DNA of 64,000 bases. Source: an uncultured Actinomycetes bacterium. Lineage in GTDB: Bacteria > Actinomycetota > Thermoleophilia > UBA2241. Both the position numbers and the translations under genes were made by a program. Shown here one piece after another: positions 18,750-27,963 of the stretch. Each line of letters begins with the position of its first letter. Positions within the stretch are counted from its first letter, which is position 1. Where the stretch lies: the NCBI GenBank assembly GCA_963725665.1, contig CAVRZA010000004.1, forward strand, positions 160,001 through 224,000. The letters run 5' to 3'. The notes below the pieces were generated by a model that had not been told where the DNA came from, did no database searches, and saw only the letters and a list, made by a program, of their open reading frames with translations.

Positions 18750-21638
18750 CTACTGTTTGCGCAGCGCCTCGAGCCGCGAGAGCGTCTTGCCCAGCGCCGT
18801 GATCTGCCGCCCGAACTCCACGAGATCGCCGGCCTTGAGAGCCTGTTGCGCGGCGCCGTACTGCGTGTTGGCGCGAGCGATCAACTGTGCCGCGGCGGCG
18901 GTGGGCGGTGCGCCGGTCGCGGGGCCGCTCGGCGGCCCCGCGGCCGGCGCACCGCCGAAGACCTCGGCCAGCGCGCCCTCGAGCGTGGGTGCCATGACGA
19001 CGTTCTGCTGCTGTCCGGTCGGGGGCAGATTCGTGGTTGCGGACGGCGCGCGGTAGAAGACGATGACTCGCTGCACCTGGGGTAGCTGCGTCTGCTCGGA
19101 CTCGAGGTACAGCGGTTGCACGTAGAGCAACGAATCCACGATCGGGACGACGATGAGGTTGCCGAAGATCACGCGCGACCCGTGCTGCCCCCAGAGCGTC
19201 CGCTGCGCGGAGATGGTGGGGTTCTGGTTCACCGCCGCCTCCACCTGCGCCGGCCCGTACACGTTAAGGCTCGACGGGAACTCGAAGCTCACGGCCTTAC
19301 CGTAGTTGGGGAGGTCGGACTCGGCGCCCAGCCAGCCGATCATGTTGCTGCGCCCGTTGGGCGTGAAGGGCAGGATGAGCACGAACTCCTCGCGCGTCTG
19401 GCCGGGCAGGCGCATGATCATGTAGTAGGGGTTCATCTGGCCGGCCCCGGTGATGGAGACGCCCGTCGGCACTTGCCACTGGTTGCCCTTGTTGTAGAGG
19501 AGGCTGGGGTCGGTCACGTGGTAGGTGGCGAAGAGCTCCGTCTGCGCGGTGAAGAAGTCCTGCGGGTAGCGCACGTGCGCGCGCAAGGTGGCGTCCATCG
19601 CCGCCATGGGCTTGAGCACCCCGGGGAAGACCTTCTCGTAGGTGCGGATGATCGGATCGGCGGGGTCGAAGACGTAGAGGGCCATGCTGCCGTTGTAGGC
19701 GTCGACGACGACCTTCACTGCGTTGCGGATGTAGTTCATGGAGTTGATGCCGGCGAGTGGCTGTGAGTATGGATAGCTGCTCGTGGTCGTGTAGGCGTCG
19801 GCGATCCAGTAGAGGCGCCCGTTCGCGATGACCATGTAGGGAGCGCGGTCGAAGGTGAGGAACGGGGCTGCCTTCGCCAGTCGTGTGCGGATGGCGTTGT
19901 AGATGATGACCCGGCTCTCGCTGGTGATCGCCGTCGTCGTGAAGAACTTGATGGTGCCGAAGCGCACGCAGAAGGCCAGCCGGCTGAAGAACGGATCGAT
20001 GGGGATGCCGCCGCTGCCGTCGTAGCTGTGATAGACGTCGCCGCTCGGGCCGGGGTAGTCGAACTCGGGGAACTTCGTCCTCACAAGCAGGTAGTCCGTG
20101 CCGTTCAGCCCGAAGTAGGTGCGCGGTTGGGTGACCGCCAGCGTGGGCGCGTCGGAGACGACGGGGACGTCCTGCACGAGGAAGTCCGGGGAGCCGCTGG
20201 AGGCCACCTGGTTCACCGCCGAGACGGCCACGCCGTAGCCGTGAGTGTAGGTGACGTGCTGGTTCACCCAGGTCTGGGCCTGGTCCGGCAGTCCGGAGAC
20301 GTTGAGCTCGCGAGGCGACAGCATCGTCTGGCGATAGTCGCCACCGACCTGGTAGCGATCGACGCTAACGGTGGTGAAGGCGTAGTAGGGCCTCAGCTGC
20401 TGTAGCTGGGTGTAACTGCGTTGCAGCGCCTCAGGGTCCCACAGGCGGATGTTGCCGATCGTCCCGGGGTTAGCCCTCAAGGCGGTCGCGGTCAGGTTCC
20501 CGGTGAGGGGATAGGACTTCTCGCTGACCGCGGTGAGGTCGTAGGCCGAGCGCGTCGCGGCGAGGTCGTAGGTGATGTAGGGGAGCTCCCGGCTGAGCTG
20601 GTTGGGATTGACGAAGAGCGACTGGAAGACGGCCGGCACGATGCCAAGCAAGACGATCAGGGCGGCGATCCACGCACCGATGGCGACCAGCGGCCATCGG
20701 GGACGCCGCGCGCGCACGGCATTGTAGACGAGCGCCCCGCCGAGGGCCAGAGCGACCACCATGAGGACGCGGATGATCGGCAGGCGCACGTGTACGTCCG
20801 TATACCCAGCGCCGAAGACGGCCCCCGAGCTGGAGAAGAGCAGGTTCCAAGCCTTCAGAAGGTAGCCGAGGCCGCCCACGATGAAGAGCGCGCCGAGGAG
20901 TGCGGAGAGGTGCGCGACGGCGCCGCTCTCGAGACGCGCGCTCCCGAGCCTGCGCACGCCGCGCGCCACCTGGAGCGGCGCTAGCCCGCCGGGTTCCGCC
21001 CTCGTGGTCGATTCGCGTTGCGGCAGCTCTATCCCCCCGAGCGACAGGTGAACGATGGTGGCGGCGACGAGGGCGACCACGATCGTCGCGAAGAGGAACC
21101 CATAGACGTACTGCCAGGCCGGCAGCGTGAACACATAGAACGAGAGATCGTGATGGAAGATCGGGTCCTTGGTGCCGAAGGGCACACCGTAGATGGCGCG
21201 TGCGAACGTGACCCACGATCCTGCCGCACTGAAGCCGACCATGACGGCGACGATCAGCGTGAGCACCAGACCGACCTGTCGCACGCGCCGCGACGCATTC
21301 TCGTGCACGTATTCGACGACGTCGATGCCCTCGAAGGCGCGGTACTTGGGCGCGATCCGGCGCGCGAGCGCGATGTTGCCGTAGACGATGGCGAAGAATG
21401 CGCCGCCGAACAGGGGGCCCAGCACCAGCCCCATCGTCACGCGTTTCCAGAAGACGTTCCGGAGGGCGACTTCGCCGAACCACAGCCAGTCGACGTAAAG
21501 GCGCGCGACGGTCTCGAGCGCGACGATGAAGACAACGACGGCCAAGACCGCGACGACCACGCGCCGGGCGCGAGACCGGCGCCTTCGACGCGGCGGTTCC
21601 TTCTTGTGACGCCCGCGAAAAGGGATCACTCTGCCCAC
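18750..21638 (-). CDS. UPF0182 family membrane protein
   Basis: DWLWF, DPIFHHDLSFYVF, NIRLWDP, YTHGYG, NYIRNAVKVVVDAYNG. Confidence 0.95.
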   Translation of the reverse strand: MGRVIPFRGRHKKEPPRRRRRSRARRVVVAVLAVVVFIVALETVARLYVDWLWFGEVALRNVFWKRVTMGLVLGPLFGGAFFAIVYGNIALARRIAPKYRAFEGIDVVEYVHENASRRVRQVGLVLTLIVAVMVGFSAAGSWVTFARAIYGVPFGTKDPIFHHDLSFYVFTLPAWQYVYGFLFATIVVALVAATIVHLSLGGIELPQRESTTRAEPGGLAPLQVARGVRRLGSARLESGAVAHLSALLGALFIVGGLGYLLKAWNLLFSSSGAVFGAGYTDVHVRLPIIRVLMVVALALGGALVYNAVRARRPRWPLVAIGAWIAALIVLLGIVPAVFQSLFVNPNQLSRELPYITYDLAATRSAYDLTAVSEKSYPLTGNLTATALRANPGTIGNIRLWDPEALQRSYTQLQQLRPYYAFTTVSVDRYQVGGDYRQTMLSPRELNVSGLPDQAQTWVNQHVTYTHGYGVAVSAVNQVASSGSPDFLVQDVPVVSDAPTLAVTQPRTYFGLNGTDYLLVRTKFPEFDYPGPSGDVYHSYDGSGGIPIDPFFSRLAFCVRFGTIKFFTTTAITSESRVIIYNAIRTRLAKAAPFLTFDRAPYMVIANGRLYWIADAYTTTSSYPYSQPLAGINSMNYIRNAVKVVVDAYNGSMALYVFDPADPIIRTYEKVFPGVLKPMAAMDATLRAHVRYPQDFFTAQTELFATYHVTDPSLLYNKGNQWQVPTGVSITGAGQMNPYYMIMRLPGQTREEFVLILPFTPNGRSNMIGWLGAESDLPNYGKAVSFEFPSSLNVYGPAQVEAAVNQNPTISAQRTLWGQHGSRVIFGNLIVVPIVDSLLYVQPLYLESEQTQLPQVQRVIVFYRAPSATTNLPPTGQQQNVVMAPTLEGALAEVFGGAPAAGPPSGPATGAPPTAAAAQLIARANTQYGAAQQALKAGDLVEFGRQITALGKTLSRLEALRKQ

Positions 21639-21788
21639 GCCTCTATTATGAGCGCGTCCAGCCTCACTGTCGTCGTTCTACGGGCGCTTCGGACGCTGCG
21701 CTGCTGTAGACGCCGTTTCGCAACGGACGCTGCCCTACCGCAACCGCCGTTCCACCGCAAACTTCGCACCGTGGACGGTGCTTGAACT

Positions 21789-21839
21789 CTGGCGCCTCTC
21801 CGACGCCGGCGCCTGTCCGACGCTGGCACCTCTCCGACG
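21789..21839. repeat. 17-bp tandem repeat x3
   Basis: ctggcgcctctccgacg ccggcgcctgtccgacg ctggcacctctccgacg. Confidence 0.8.
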
Positions 21840-21969
21840 CGGCGCGTCTCGCGCCCGCCGACGCTGTTCAGCGTGGGTGCCCTTTTAGCCCGGACGTTGT
21901 TCGACACAGGCCGGGGCGAGGGTAGAAACAGGATAGATTTACTCCGTTTTCAGTCGAAACGAGGTACAC

Positions 21970-22821
21970 ATGGCGGGAGTCAACGGCGCTAGAGCATTCC
22001 AGCTCTCGCCAGCAGCGCGTCTCCTCGACGCGCCCCGGTTCGAGGTCATACCGGTCGGCGGGGTAGAGGAACGAGTGTCCGTGCTCGTGCCCGGCACGAC
22101 CGTGACCGTCACTTGCTCGCAGCGGCACGGCGTCGATCGGACGCTCGAGGTCAGCGAACATCTCGCCCGTCGTGGTTACCGTGTCGTGCCTCACCTGGCG
22201 GCTCGCCTGGTGCGTGACCGCGACCATCTCGAGCAGATCGTCGCGCGACTTGAGGCTGCCGGCATAGGTGAGGCATTCGTCGTCGGCGGCGATGCCTCGA
22301 CCCCGGCCGGCAGCTATCGCGACGCGGGCGATCTGCTCGAGGCGCTCGACTCTCTCGCGGACTCTCCCGCGGTGGTCGGCGTGGCGGGATACCCGGAGGG
22401 GCATCCGTTCATCAGCGAGGCGCGGCTACTCGATGCCCTGCGGCGCGCGCAGCCGCACGCCGACCACGTCGTGACTCAGATCTGCTTCGAGGCGGATGCC
22501 CTCGTCCGCTGGATCCACCGCATCCGGCAGGCGGGGATAACGCTGCCCGTCATCGTGGGTCTGCCCGGCGTCGTCGAGCGCCGCAAGCTCGCCGAGATAT
22601 CACTGCAGGCCGGCGTCGGTCCCTCGCTGCGCTACGTCGCGAGGCACGGTCGGCAGCTCGCGTCGCTGGCGCGCTCGCGGCGCTACGATCCGACTCCCTT
22701 GACGCGCGCGATCGCGGCCCATATCGACGATCCGGGGCTGGGCATAGGAGGCGTGCACCTGTTCACCTTCAACCAGGTCGAGACGACGCAGGCCTGGCTG
22801 GCGCGCACAGGGTCGCCATAG
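21970..22821 (+). CDS. metF: Methylenetetrahydrofolate reductase family protein
   Basis: VVPHLAAR, FVVGGD, VAGYPEGHP, VTQICF, HLFTFN. Confidence 0.85.
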   Translation: MAGVNGARAFQLSPAARLLDAPRFEVIPVGGVEERVSVLVPGTTVTVTCSQRHGVDRTLEVSEHLARRGYRVVPHLAARLVRDRDHLEQIVARLEAAGIGEAFVVGGDASTPAGSYRDAGDLLEALDSLADSPAVVGVAGYPEGHPFISEARLLDALRRAQPHADHVVTQICFEADALVRWIHRIRQAGITLPVIVGLPGVVERRKLAEISLQAGVGPSLRYVARHGRQLASLARSRRYDPTPLTRAIAAHIDDPGLGIGGVHLFTFNQVETTQAWLARTGSP

Positions 22822-22881
22822 GTGTCGCATCGTCGCAGGAGGCCTGGTCGGGGAGGCCTGTGCGGGAGGCGGGAGGGTTCA

Positions 22882-23170
22882 GACTGGCCCCCCACGGGCG
22901 GCAAGAGGGCAGCAAAAAGCCCGCCGCACTATCTGCAGTTCGCCGCACGGGTCTCCTCTTTGCTTCTCGGGACCGAAGCCCCTTGGGAGTAGATCCCTTG
23001 CGGGGTCTGCTCCTCACGAAGAGGATCTCCGCCGCGTCCCACAAAACGTGACGGCGGGCAAGCGGCACTCTAGTTGTCCGTCGACGGCGATGCAATACCA
23101 AAAGCCTCGGCCTCTCGCAGAGGGTTGGCTTTCGCCGCCGCCTGGGGGCGGGGTTCATGGTGGGGTCGAG
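22882..23170. repeat. 289-bp direct repeat, copy 2
   Basis: Offset 4603 bp from copy 1, same orientation. Confidence 0.95.
22914..23059 (-). ncRNA. Putative structured small RNA, copy 2 (identical to copy 1)
   Basis: Same sequence as 18311..18456, with promoter TTGCAT-N17-TAGAGT at 23095-23067. Confidence 0.7.
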
Positions 23171-23236
23171 GGAAGGCTGAGCGAGCACCGGTGCGTGGCT
23201 GCTAGAATCGTGCTCCGCGATTCCGGAGGTAGGCCC

Positions 23237-23788
23237 ATGAACATCCTCGCCATCGGAGGGAGCGCTCGGCTCAACGGCAACAGCAACTCCCTCATGCGGA
23301 CAGCCGTCGAGAGCGCGGTCAAGAGGGGAGCCACGGCGGAGATCCTGTACGCGCGGAAGCTGGACGTGCAAGGTTGCCTCGGTTGTGACGGGTGCAAGCG
23401 CTCGGCCGACTCGACGTGCGTCGTCGACGACGACATGCACAGGGTCTACGCACTGCTGAAGGAGTGCGACGTCCTCGTCGTGGCGACTCCCGTCTATTTC
23501 TACTCCATGACCTCGTGGCTCAAGGCGATCGTCGATCGCTTCTACGGGCTGCTCGACCCAGACTCCGAACCGCGCCTCGAGAAGGGGAAGGGCTTCTACG
23601 CCATCACCAGCGAGGAGGAAGAGCGCGCCTACACGGGGCAACAGGTCATAGCGACGCTGATGCGCGGCCTGGCCTGGTTCGGGATGGACCTGCGCGGCGA
23701 GTTGGTCGCCGTCGACGTGGGCAAGGCCGGCGACTGGAAGAAGCGGCAGGATCTCATCCAGGCGGCGGAGCGTCTCATCGTGGTGTGA
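23237..23788 (+). CDS. Flavodoxin-like iron-sulfur flavoprotein / NADPH-dependent FMN reductase
   Basis: GSARLNGNS, CLGCDGC...C, ATPVYFY. GGAGG RBS. Confidence 0.88.
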   Translation: MNILAIGGSARLNGNSNSLMRTAVESAVKRGATAEILYARKLDVQGCLGCDGCKRSADSTCVVDDDMHRVYALLKECDVLVVATPVYFYSMTSWLKAIVDRFYGLLDPDSEPRLEKGKGFYAITSEEEERAYTGQQVIATLMRGLAWFGMDLRGELVAVDVGKAGDWKKRQDLIQAAERLIVV

Positions 23789-23949
23789 GTCTGTGCGTTC
23801 GGCGTCGGCCTCGGGGTGATAGGGCCTTCGGCCAAGTCTCTGACCCGAAGACCATCCCGCACCCGGTAGTGCCCCGGCCGTAGATTTGTGCGCTCACCTT
23901 GCGCTCCAGCGGGCATACTGCGCACAGTCCGGACCACGAAAGGAGAGGC

Positions 23950-24246
23950 ATGCCACCAATCACCGACCTGTTGACCGAGCACGCCCTGCTGCAGCTGGCG
24001 TCGCCGCGCGCGTTTCTCGACGGCGCCTCGACCGCCGAGCACGGCTCGGTCGAGCTCTACGAGTCGGGCGAGCAGCGCCTGCGCGCCCGTGTCGAGGACA
24101 CGGAGATCTACGAGACGGAGCTCCTCGTGACTAATGGTGAGCTCGCCTGGTCGTGCACCTGCGGGGAGGCCGGCGAGGCGCTGTGCCGTCACCTCGTGGC
24201 GACCGCGCTGGCCACGTGGCCCGACGAGGTGCCCGAGGAGCCCTGA
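23950..24246 (+). CDS. SWIM zinc-finger protein
   Basis: SCTC...LCRHLVA. Confidence 0.8.
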   Translation: MPPITDLLTEHALLQLASPRAFLDGASTAEHGSVELYESGEQRLRARVEDTEIYETELLVTNGELAWSCTCGEAGEALCRHLVATALATWPDEVPEEP

Positions 24247-24281
24247 GGCGTAGTGGCCGATCCAGGTCGGGGCGGGCGGCC

Positions 24282-24911
24282 TCAGCTGATGCGCAAGCTG
24301 CCGAGGCCGATGTCCTTGGGGACACGCTCGGGGGAGAGGAACTCTTTACCCAGGCGGCGTGCCCTGTCGAGGTGCGATGGCCGCGACTCCTCATCGTCGT
24401 CGACCTCGTAGAAGAACTCGGTCTGGACGTCGCGGATGCCGCAGTATCCGAGGATGCCGACGTCGATCTGCGTGCGCATGGCGGTGTCGTAGCCGTACTT
24501 GCGGTAGGTGGCCTCGCGTGACCCCGCCACGCAGAGCAGCAGCGTCGGCCGGTCTCGCAGCAGACCTCGGGAGCGACCAGGCGTGAACTCGTACGCCCAA
24601 CCTGAGGCGAAGACGCGGTCGATCCACCCTTTCAGCATCGCTGGCAGCGACCACCACCACACGGGGAACACGAGCGCCAGCGCGTCGGCGCGCTCGATGC
24701 GCGCCTGCTCGGCGAGTACGTCGGGCGGCATGGGAGTCCCTTCGAACTGGGCGTAGTCCTCGGGGCGCAGGCGGGGGTTGAAACCCTGCCTGTAGAGGTC
24801 GCCCACCTCGACTGTGTGTCCGGCCGCCGTCAGGCCAATGCAAAGACCGTCGAGGATCGCCCCCGAGAAGCTGTCGCGACGCGGATGAGCGAACATCACA
24901 AGAACGTTCAT
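24282..24911 (-). CDS. NAD(P)H-dependent (quinone) oxidoreductase, flavodoxin-2 fold
   Basis: AHPRRDSF, FPVWWWSLPAMLKGWIDRVF. Confidence 0.9.
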   Translation of the reverse strand: MNVLVMFAHPRRDSFSGAILDGLCIGLTAAGHTVEVGDLYRQGFNPRLRPEDYAQFEGTPMPPDVLAEQARIERADALALVFPVWWWSLPAMLKGWIDRVFASGWAYEFTPGRSRGLLRDRPTLLLCVAGSREATYRKYGYDTAMRTQIDVGILGYCGIRDVQTEFFYEVDDDEESRPSHLDRARRLGKEFLSPERVPKDIGLGSLRIS

Positions 24912-25876
24912 GTGCACTCCTTCGACCGGACGTCGGCTGCCACACTGCTTGCGGTTCCCGGCCCGCGCGTGTCTTCGGCCTCCTGGTAGCCCGCCAGCGG
25001 CGCCGACTCCGGTGGCAGGGCGGAGCGGCGCGTAGCGAGCACGGAGCCGACCAGGATGAGGGGGAGACCGGCGGCTATACCCAGCGTGAACGGTTCGCTC
25101 AGGACGACCACGCCGAGGAGCACGGCGACGAGCGGGTTGATGTACGTTATGACCGTTGCGCGCGCCGGTCCGACCTCGAGGATGAGCTCGAAGAACACGA
25201 GGAAGGCCAGGGCCGTGCAGATCAGCGCGAGGGCGACCACAGAGCCGATCGCCTCGACGGAGGCGCTCTGCGGGAGGTGCGTCAGGGCGACAGGGGCGTA
25301 GCCGATGGCGACGATCGTGATGGCGGCGGCCGTCACGCCGAGGCCCGGAAGATCGGCGAGACGCCGGCTGATGATCAGCGGTCCGATCGCATAGCAGAGC
25401 GCCACCACGATCACCTCGCCGACCGCAAAAAGGTTGGTCTGCCCGACGTCTATGCCGACCAGCACCGCAACGCCGGCGAACCCCACGATGAGGCCCGCAA
25501 GACGGCGCCCGTCCAAGCGTTCCATGCCCGGCACGAAGCCGTAGAGGACCGCTCCCATGAGCGGCACGGTGGCGATCAGGAGCCCCGTCATCGAGCTCGT
25601 GATGTGCTGCTCGGCGCGACCGATAAGGAGCCAGGGCAGGGCCAGTTCTACCCCGGTGAACGCCAGCACCCAGCGCCAGCGCGGGAGCAGCGCACGCAGA
25701 TGTCCCTTGCGCGCCGCCAGCGGCAGGAGCAGCAACGCCGCCGGCGCCGTGCGCAAGAAGACCAGCGTGGGCGGTGAGAAGTCGCGCACCGCAACGCGGA
25801 TGAGAAGATAGGGGATGCCCCAGATCAGGCACAGGGCCCCGAACAGGATCCAACCCTTGCGCGACAAGAGGTCCAC
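24908..25876 (-). CDS. EamA/DMT family transporter
   Basis: IWGIPYLLIR, ~10 TM helices, VGPARATVITYINP. Confidence 0.9.
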   Translation of the reverse strand: MDLLSRKGWILFGALCLIWGIPYLLIRVAVRDFSPPTLVFLRTAPAALLLLPLAARKGHLRALLPRWRWVLAFTGVELALPWLLIGRAEQHITSSMTGLLIATVPLMGAVLYGFVPGMERLDGRRLAGLIVGFAGVAVLVGIDVGQTNLFAVGEVIVVALCYAIGPLIISRRLADLPGLGVTAAAITIVAIGYAPVALTHLPQSASVEAIGSVVALALICTALAFLVFFELILEVGPARATVITYINPLVAVLLGVVVLSEPFTLGIAAGLPLILVGSVLATRRSALPPESAPLAGYQEAEDTRGPGTASSVAADVRSKECT

Positions 25877-25981
25877 CTCGCTCGACGATGGATCGACGGT
25901 CGACGCCGCCGGCTGTCTCAGGCCGGTGGCGGGCCATCATCTTACTGGAGACGGACCGGGCTGGGAGAGGGGCGAAGGTCG

Positions 25982-26497
25982 CTAGACGAGGCGCTGGCAG
26001 ACGACGACGTCGAGCCAGCGCCCGAACTTGCAGCCGACCTCACGCAAGACACCCACCCGCTCAAACCCGAGGCGCTCGGCGAGCGCCAGTCCGGCGACGT
26101 TCTCGGTGCAGATCTGCGCGATCACCACGTGCAGGCCGAGTCGTCGCGCGGCGTCGAGCGCGGCCGAGCCGAGCGCCAGGCCGAGTCCGGAGCGTTGCGC
26201 CGACGGGGCGATGTACACGGACGCTTCGACCGTGCGCTCGTACGCGCCGCGCTCCGACCAGCGCACGAGCGACGACCAGCCGCGCACGCTCCCGTCGATC
26301 TCGGCCACGAGCGCTGCGCGGGTCGTCGCGCTCACCAGCCAGCGGCGTCGAGCGTCCGCGGTCTCGGGCTCGAGATCGAACGTGGCCGTGGAGTTGAGGA
26401 CGGCGTGGCTGTAGATGGCGGCAATGTCGTCCGCGTCGCCGAGCGTCGCCGCCCTGACGCGGATCTCGTCTTGGGGCTTCGTGCGGTCTGTACTCAT
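25982..26497 (-). CDS. GNAT N-acetyltransferase (phosphinothricin acetyltransferase-like)
   Basis: TATFD, TVEASVY, GFERVG..REVGCKFGRWLD. Confidence 0.9.
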   Translation of the reverse strand: MSTDRTKPQDEIRVRAATLGDADDIAAIYSHAVLNSTATFDLEPETADARRRWLVSATTRAALVAEIDGSVRGWSSLVRWSERGAYERTVEASVYIAPSAQRSGLGLALGSAALDAARRLGLHVVIAQICTENVAGLALAERLGFERVGVLREVGCKFGRWLDVVVCQRLV

Positions 26498-26624
26498 GGT
26501 CGCTGCACCTCACCGACCCCATGTCGTCGGCCCAGCGGATCCTTCCTTCGCCGCAAAGCCTACCGCGAACCCCCATCCGGCCCTCACGCTCTGCCAATCC
26601 GGACACAGTCCAACAAATCCGCAC

Positions 26625-26680
26625 TTGACGTCGGGCTCACCCAACCTATGATGTCGTTCGATTCTGTTCGATTCGATTCG
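26625..26680 (+). promoter_or_regulatory. Promoter TTGACG-N16-TATGAT with an adjacent TTCGA repeat array (putative DeoR/GlpR-type operator)
   Basis: ttgacg 26625-30, tatgat 26647-52, then gtcgttcgattctgttcgattcgattcg. Confidence 0.55.
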
Positions 26681-26940
26681 CACCGGGGGTCGTCGGGGGT
26701 GGTGCTCGCTCGTCTGTCTCGTCCCGTTACACCGTTTGCGGCCCAACGCCCCTCCACTCGTCTCCGCTCAGGGCGGTCGCCGTCCGGCACAGGTCATCGC
26801 CATGTTCGGCGGTGACACTCCTCTCTCCGCGTCTCTGTGAGTATTATTACGAGTAGGGACGATCGAGTCGGCGACTACGCCCAGGGACCGTCGAGTCGGC
26901 GTATCGGCGTCGATGTGATTGCGACGAAAGGATTTGTGAG

Positions 26941-27888
26941 GTGAAGACGACCGTCTTCTTCGCCACGGACGTGCACGGGTCGGAGGTCTGCTGGCGCAAG
27001 TTCGTGAACTCCGCCAAGCACTACGAGGCCGACGTGCTCATCCTCGGCGGCGACATGACCGGCAAGGCCATCGTGCCCATCACCGCCGACGGGGCCGGTC
27101 ACTATCACTTCTCCATGCAGGACCAGCGGCACGAGGTCGAGGGTGACGAGGAGCTCGCGCAAGCCCAGAGGCTGATCCAGGACCACGGCTACTACCCCGT
27201 GCCCATGACGCGCGAGGAGTTGCAGGACTACACGGACCACCCGGAGCACCTCGACGACGTCTTCCGGCGGGAGATGCTGCGCACGGTCGAGCGCTGGATG
27301 GCCTTCGCCGACGAGCGCCTCACCGGCAGCGACATCCTGTGCATCGTCTGCCCCGGCAACGACGACAGCCACGAGATCGACCCCATCATCGACGCCACGA
27401 CGTCGATCACGGTGGGCGAGGGCAATGTGCTCGATCTCCCGGGCGGCTATCAGCTCGTCTCGAGCGGCTACACGAACCCCACGCCCTGGGACACCCACCG
27501 CGAGGAGGACGAGCCGGCGCTCAAGGCGCGCATCGAGGCTATCGTCAATCAGGCATCGGTCGGCCCGGAGCGCCTTGTCCTGGGTCTCCACGCGCCGCCC
27601 TACGACACCGTGCTCGACATCGCCCCGAAGATCGACTGGGAGTCGCTTACGGTGCAGGGACAGGACACGGCGCACGTGGGCTCGACGGCCGTGAGGGAGG
27701 TGATCGATGAGGTCCAGCCGGTGCTCTCCCTGCACGGCCACATCCACGAGAGCCGTGCGGCCATCCGCATGGGGCGCACCCTGGCGGTCAATCCCGGCAG
27801 CACCTACGTGGAGGGCACGTTGTCGGGCTGCCTGCTGCAGCTCGACGGCAAGGACAAGATCAAGCAGTACAGGCTGGTTTCTGGGTGA
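26941..27888 (+). CDS. Metallophosphoesterase (Icc-related, calcineurin-like)
   Basis: TDVHG, GGD, PGNDD, LHAPP, HGHIHE. Confidence 0.9.
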   Translation: MKTTVFFATDVHGSEVCWRKFVNSAKHYEADVLILGGDMTGKAIVPITADGAGHYHFSMQDQRHEVEGDEELAQAQRLIQDHGYYPVPMTREELQDYTDHPEHLDDVFRREMLRTVERWMAFADERLTGSDILCIVCPGNDDSHEIDPIIDATTSITVGEGNVLDLPGGYQLVSSGYTNPTPWDTHREEDEPALKARIEAIVNQASVGPERLVLGLHAPPYDTVLDIAPKIDWESLTVQGQDTAHVGSTAVREVIDEVQPVLSLHGHIHESRAAIRMGRTLAVNPGSTYVEGTLSGCLLQLDGKDKIKQYRLVSG

Positions 27889-27963
27889 GGACACCCGGAT
27901 CGGCGAGCTGACGGGGGCGGCCGATCGATGGTCGTCCACCGACTGTGATAGGAGGGGGAGCGA

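Noticed and set aside
18279-23170. The 289-bp repeats as IS ends, att sites or a composite transposon
   Set aside because: There is no transposase or integrase, no terminal inverted repeats and no target-site duplication. The cargo (UPF0182, metF) is housekeeping-like.
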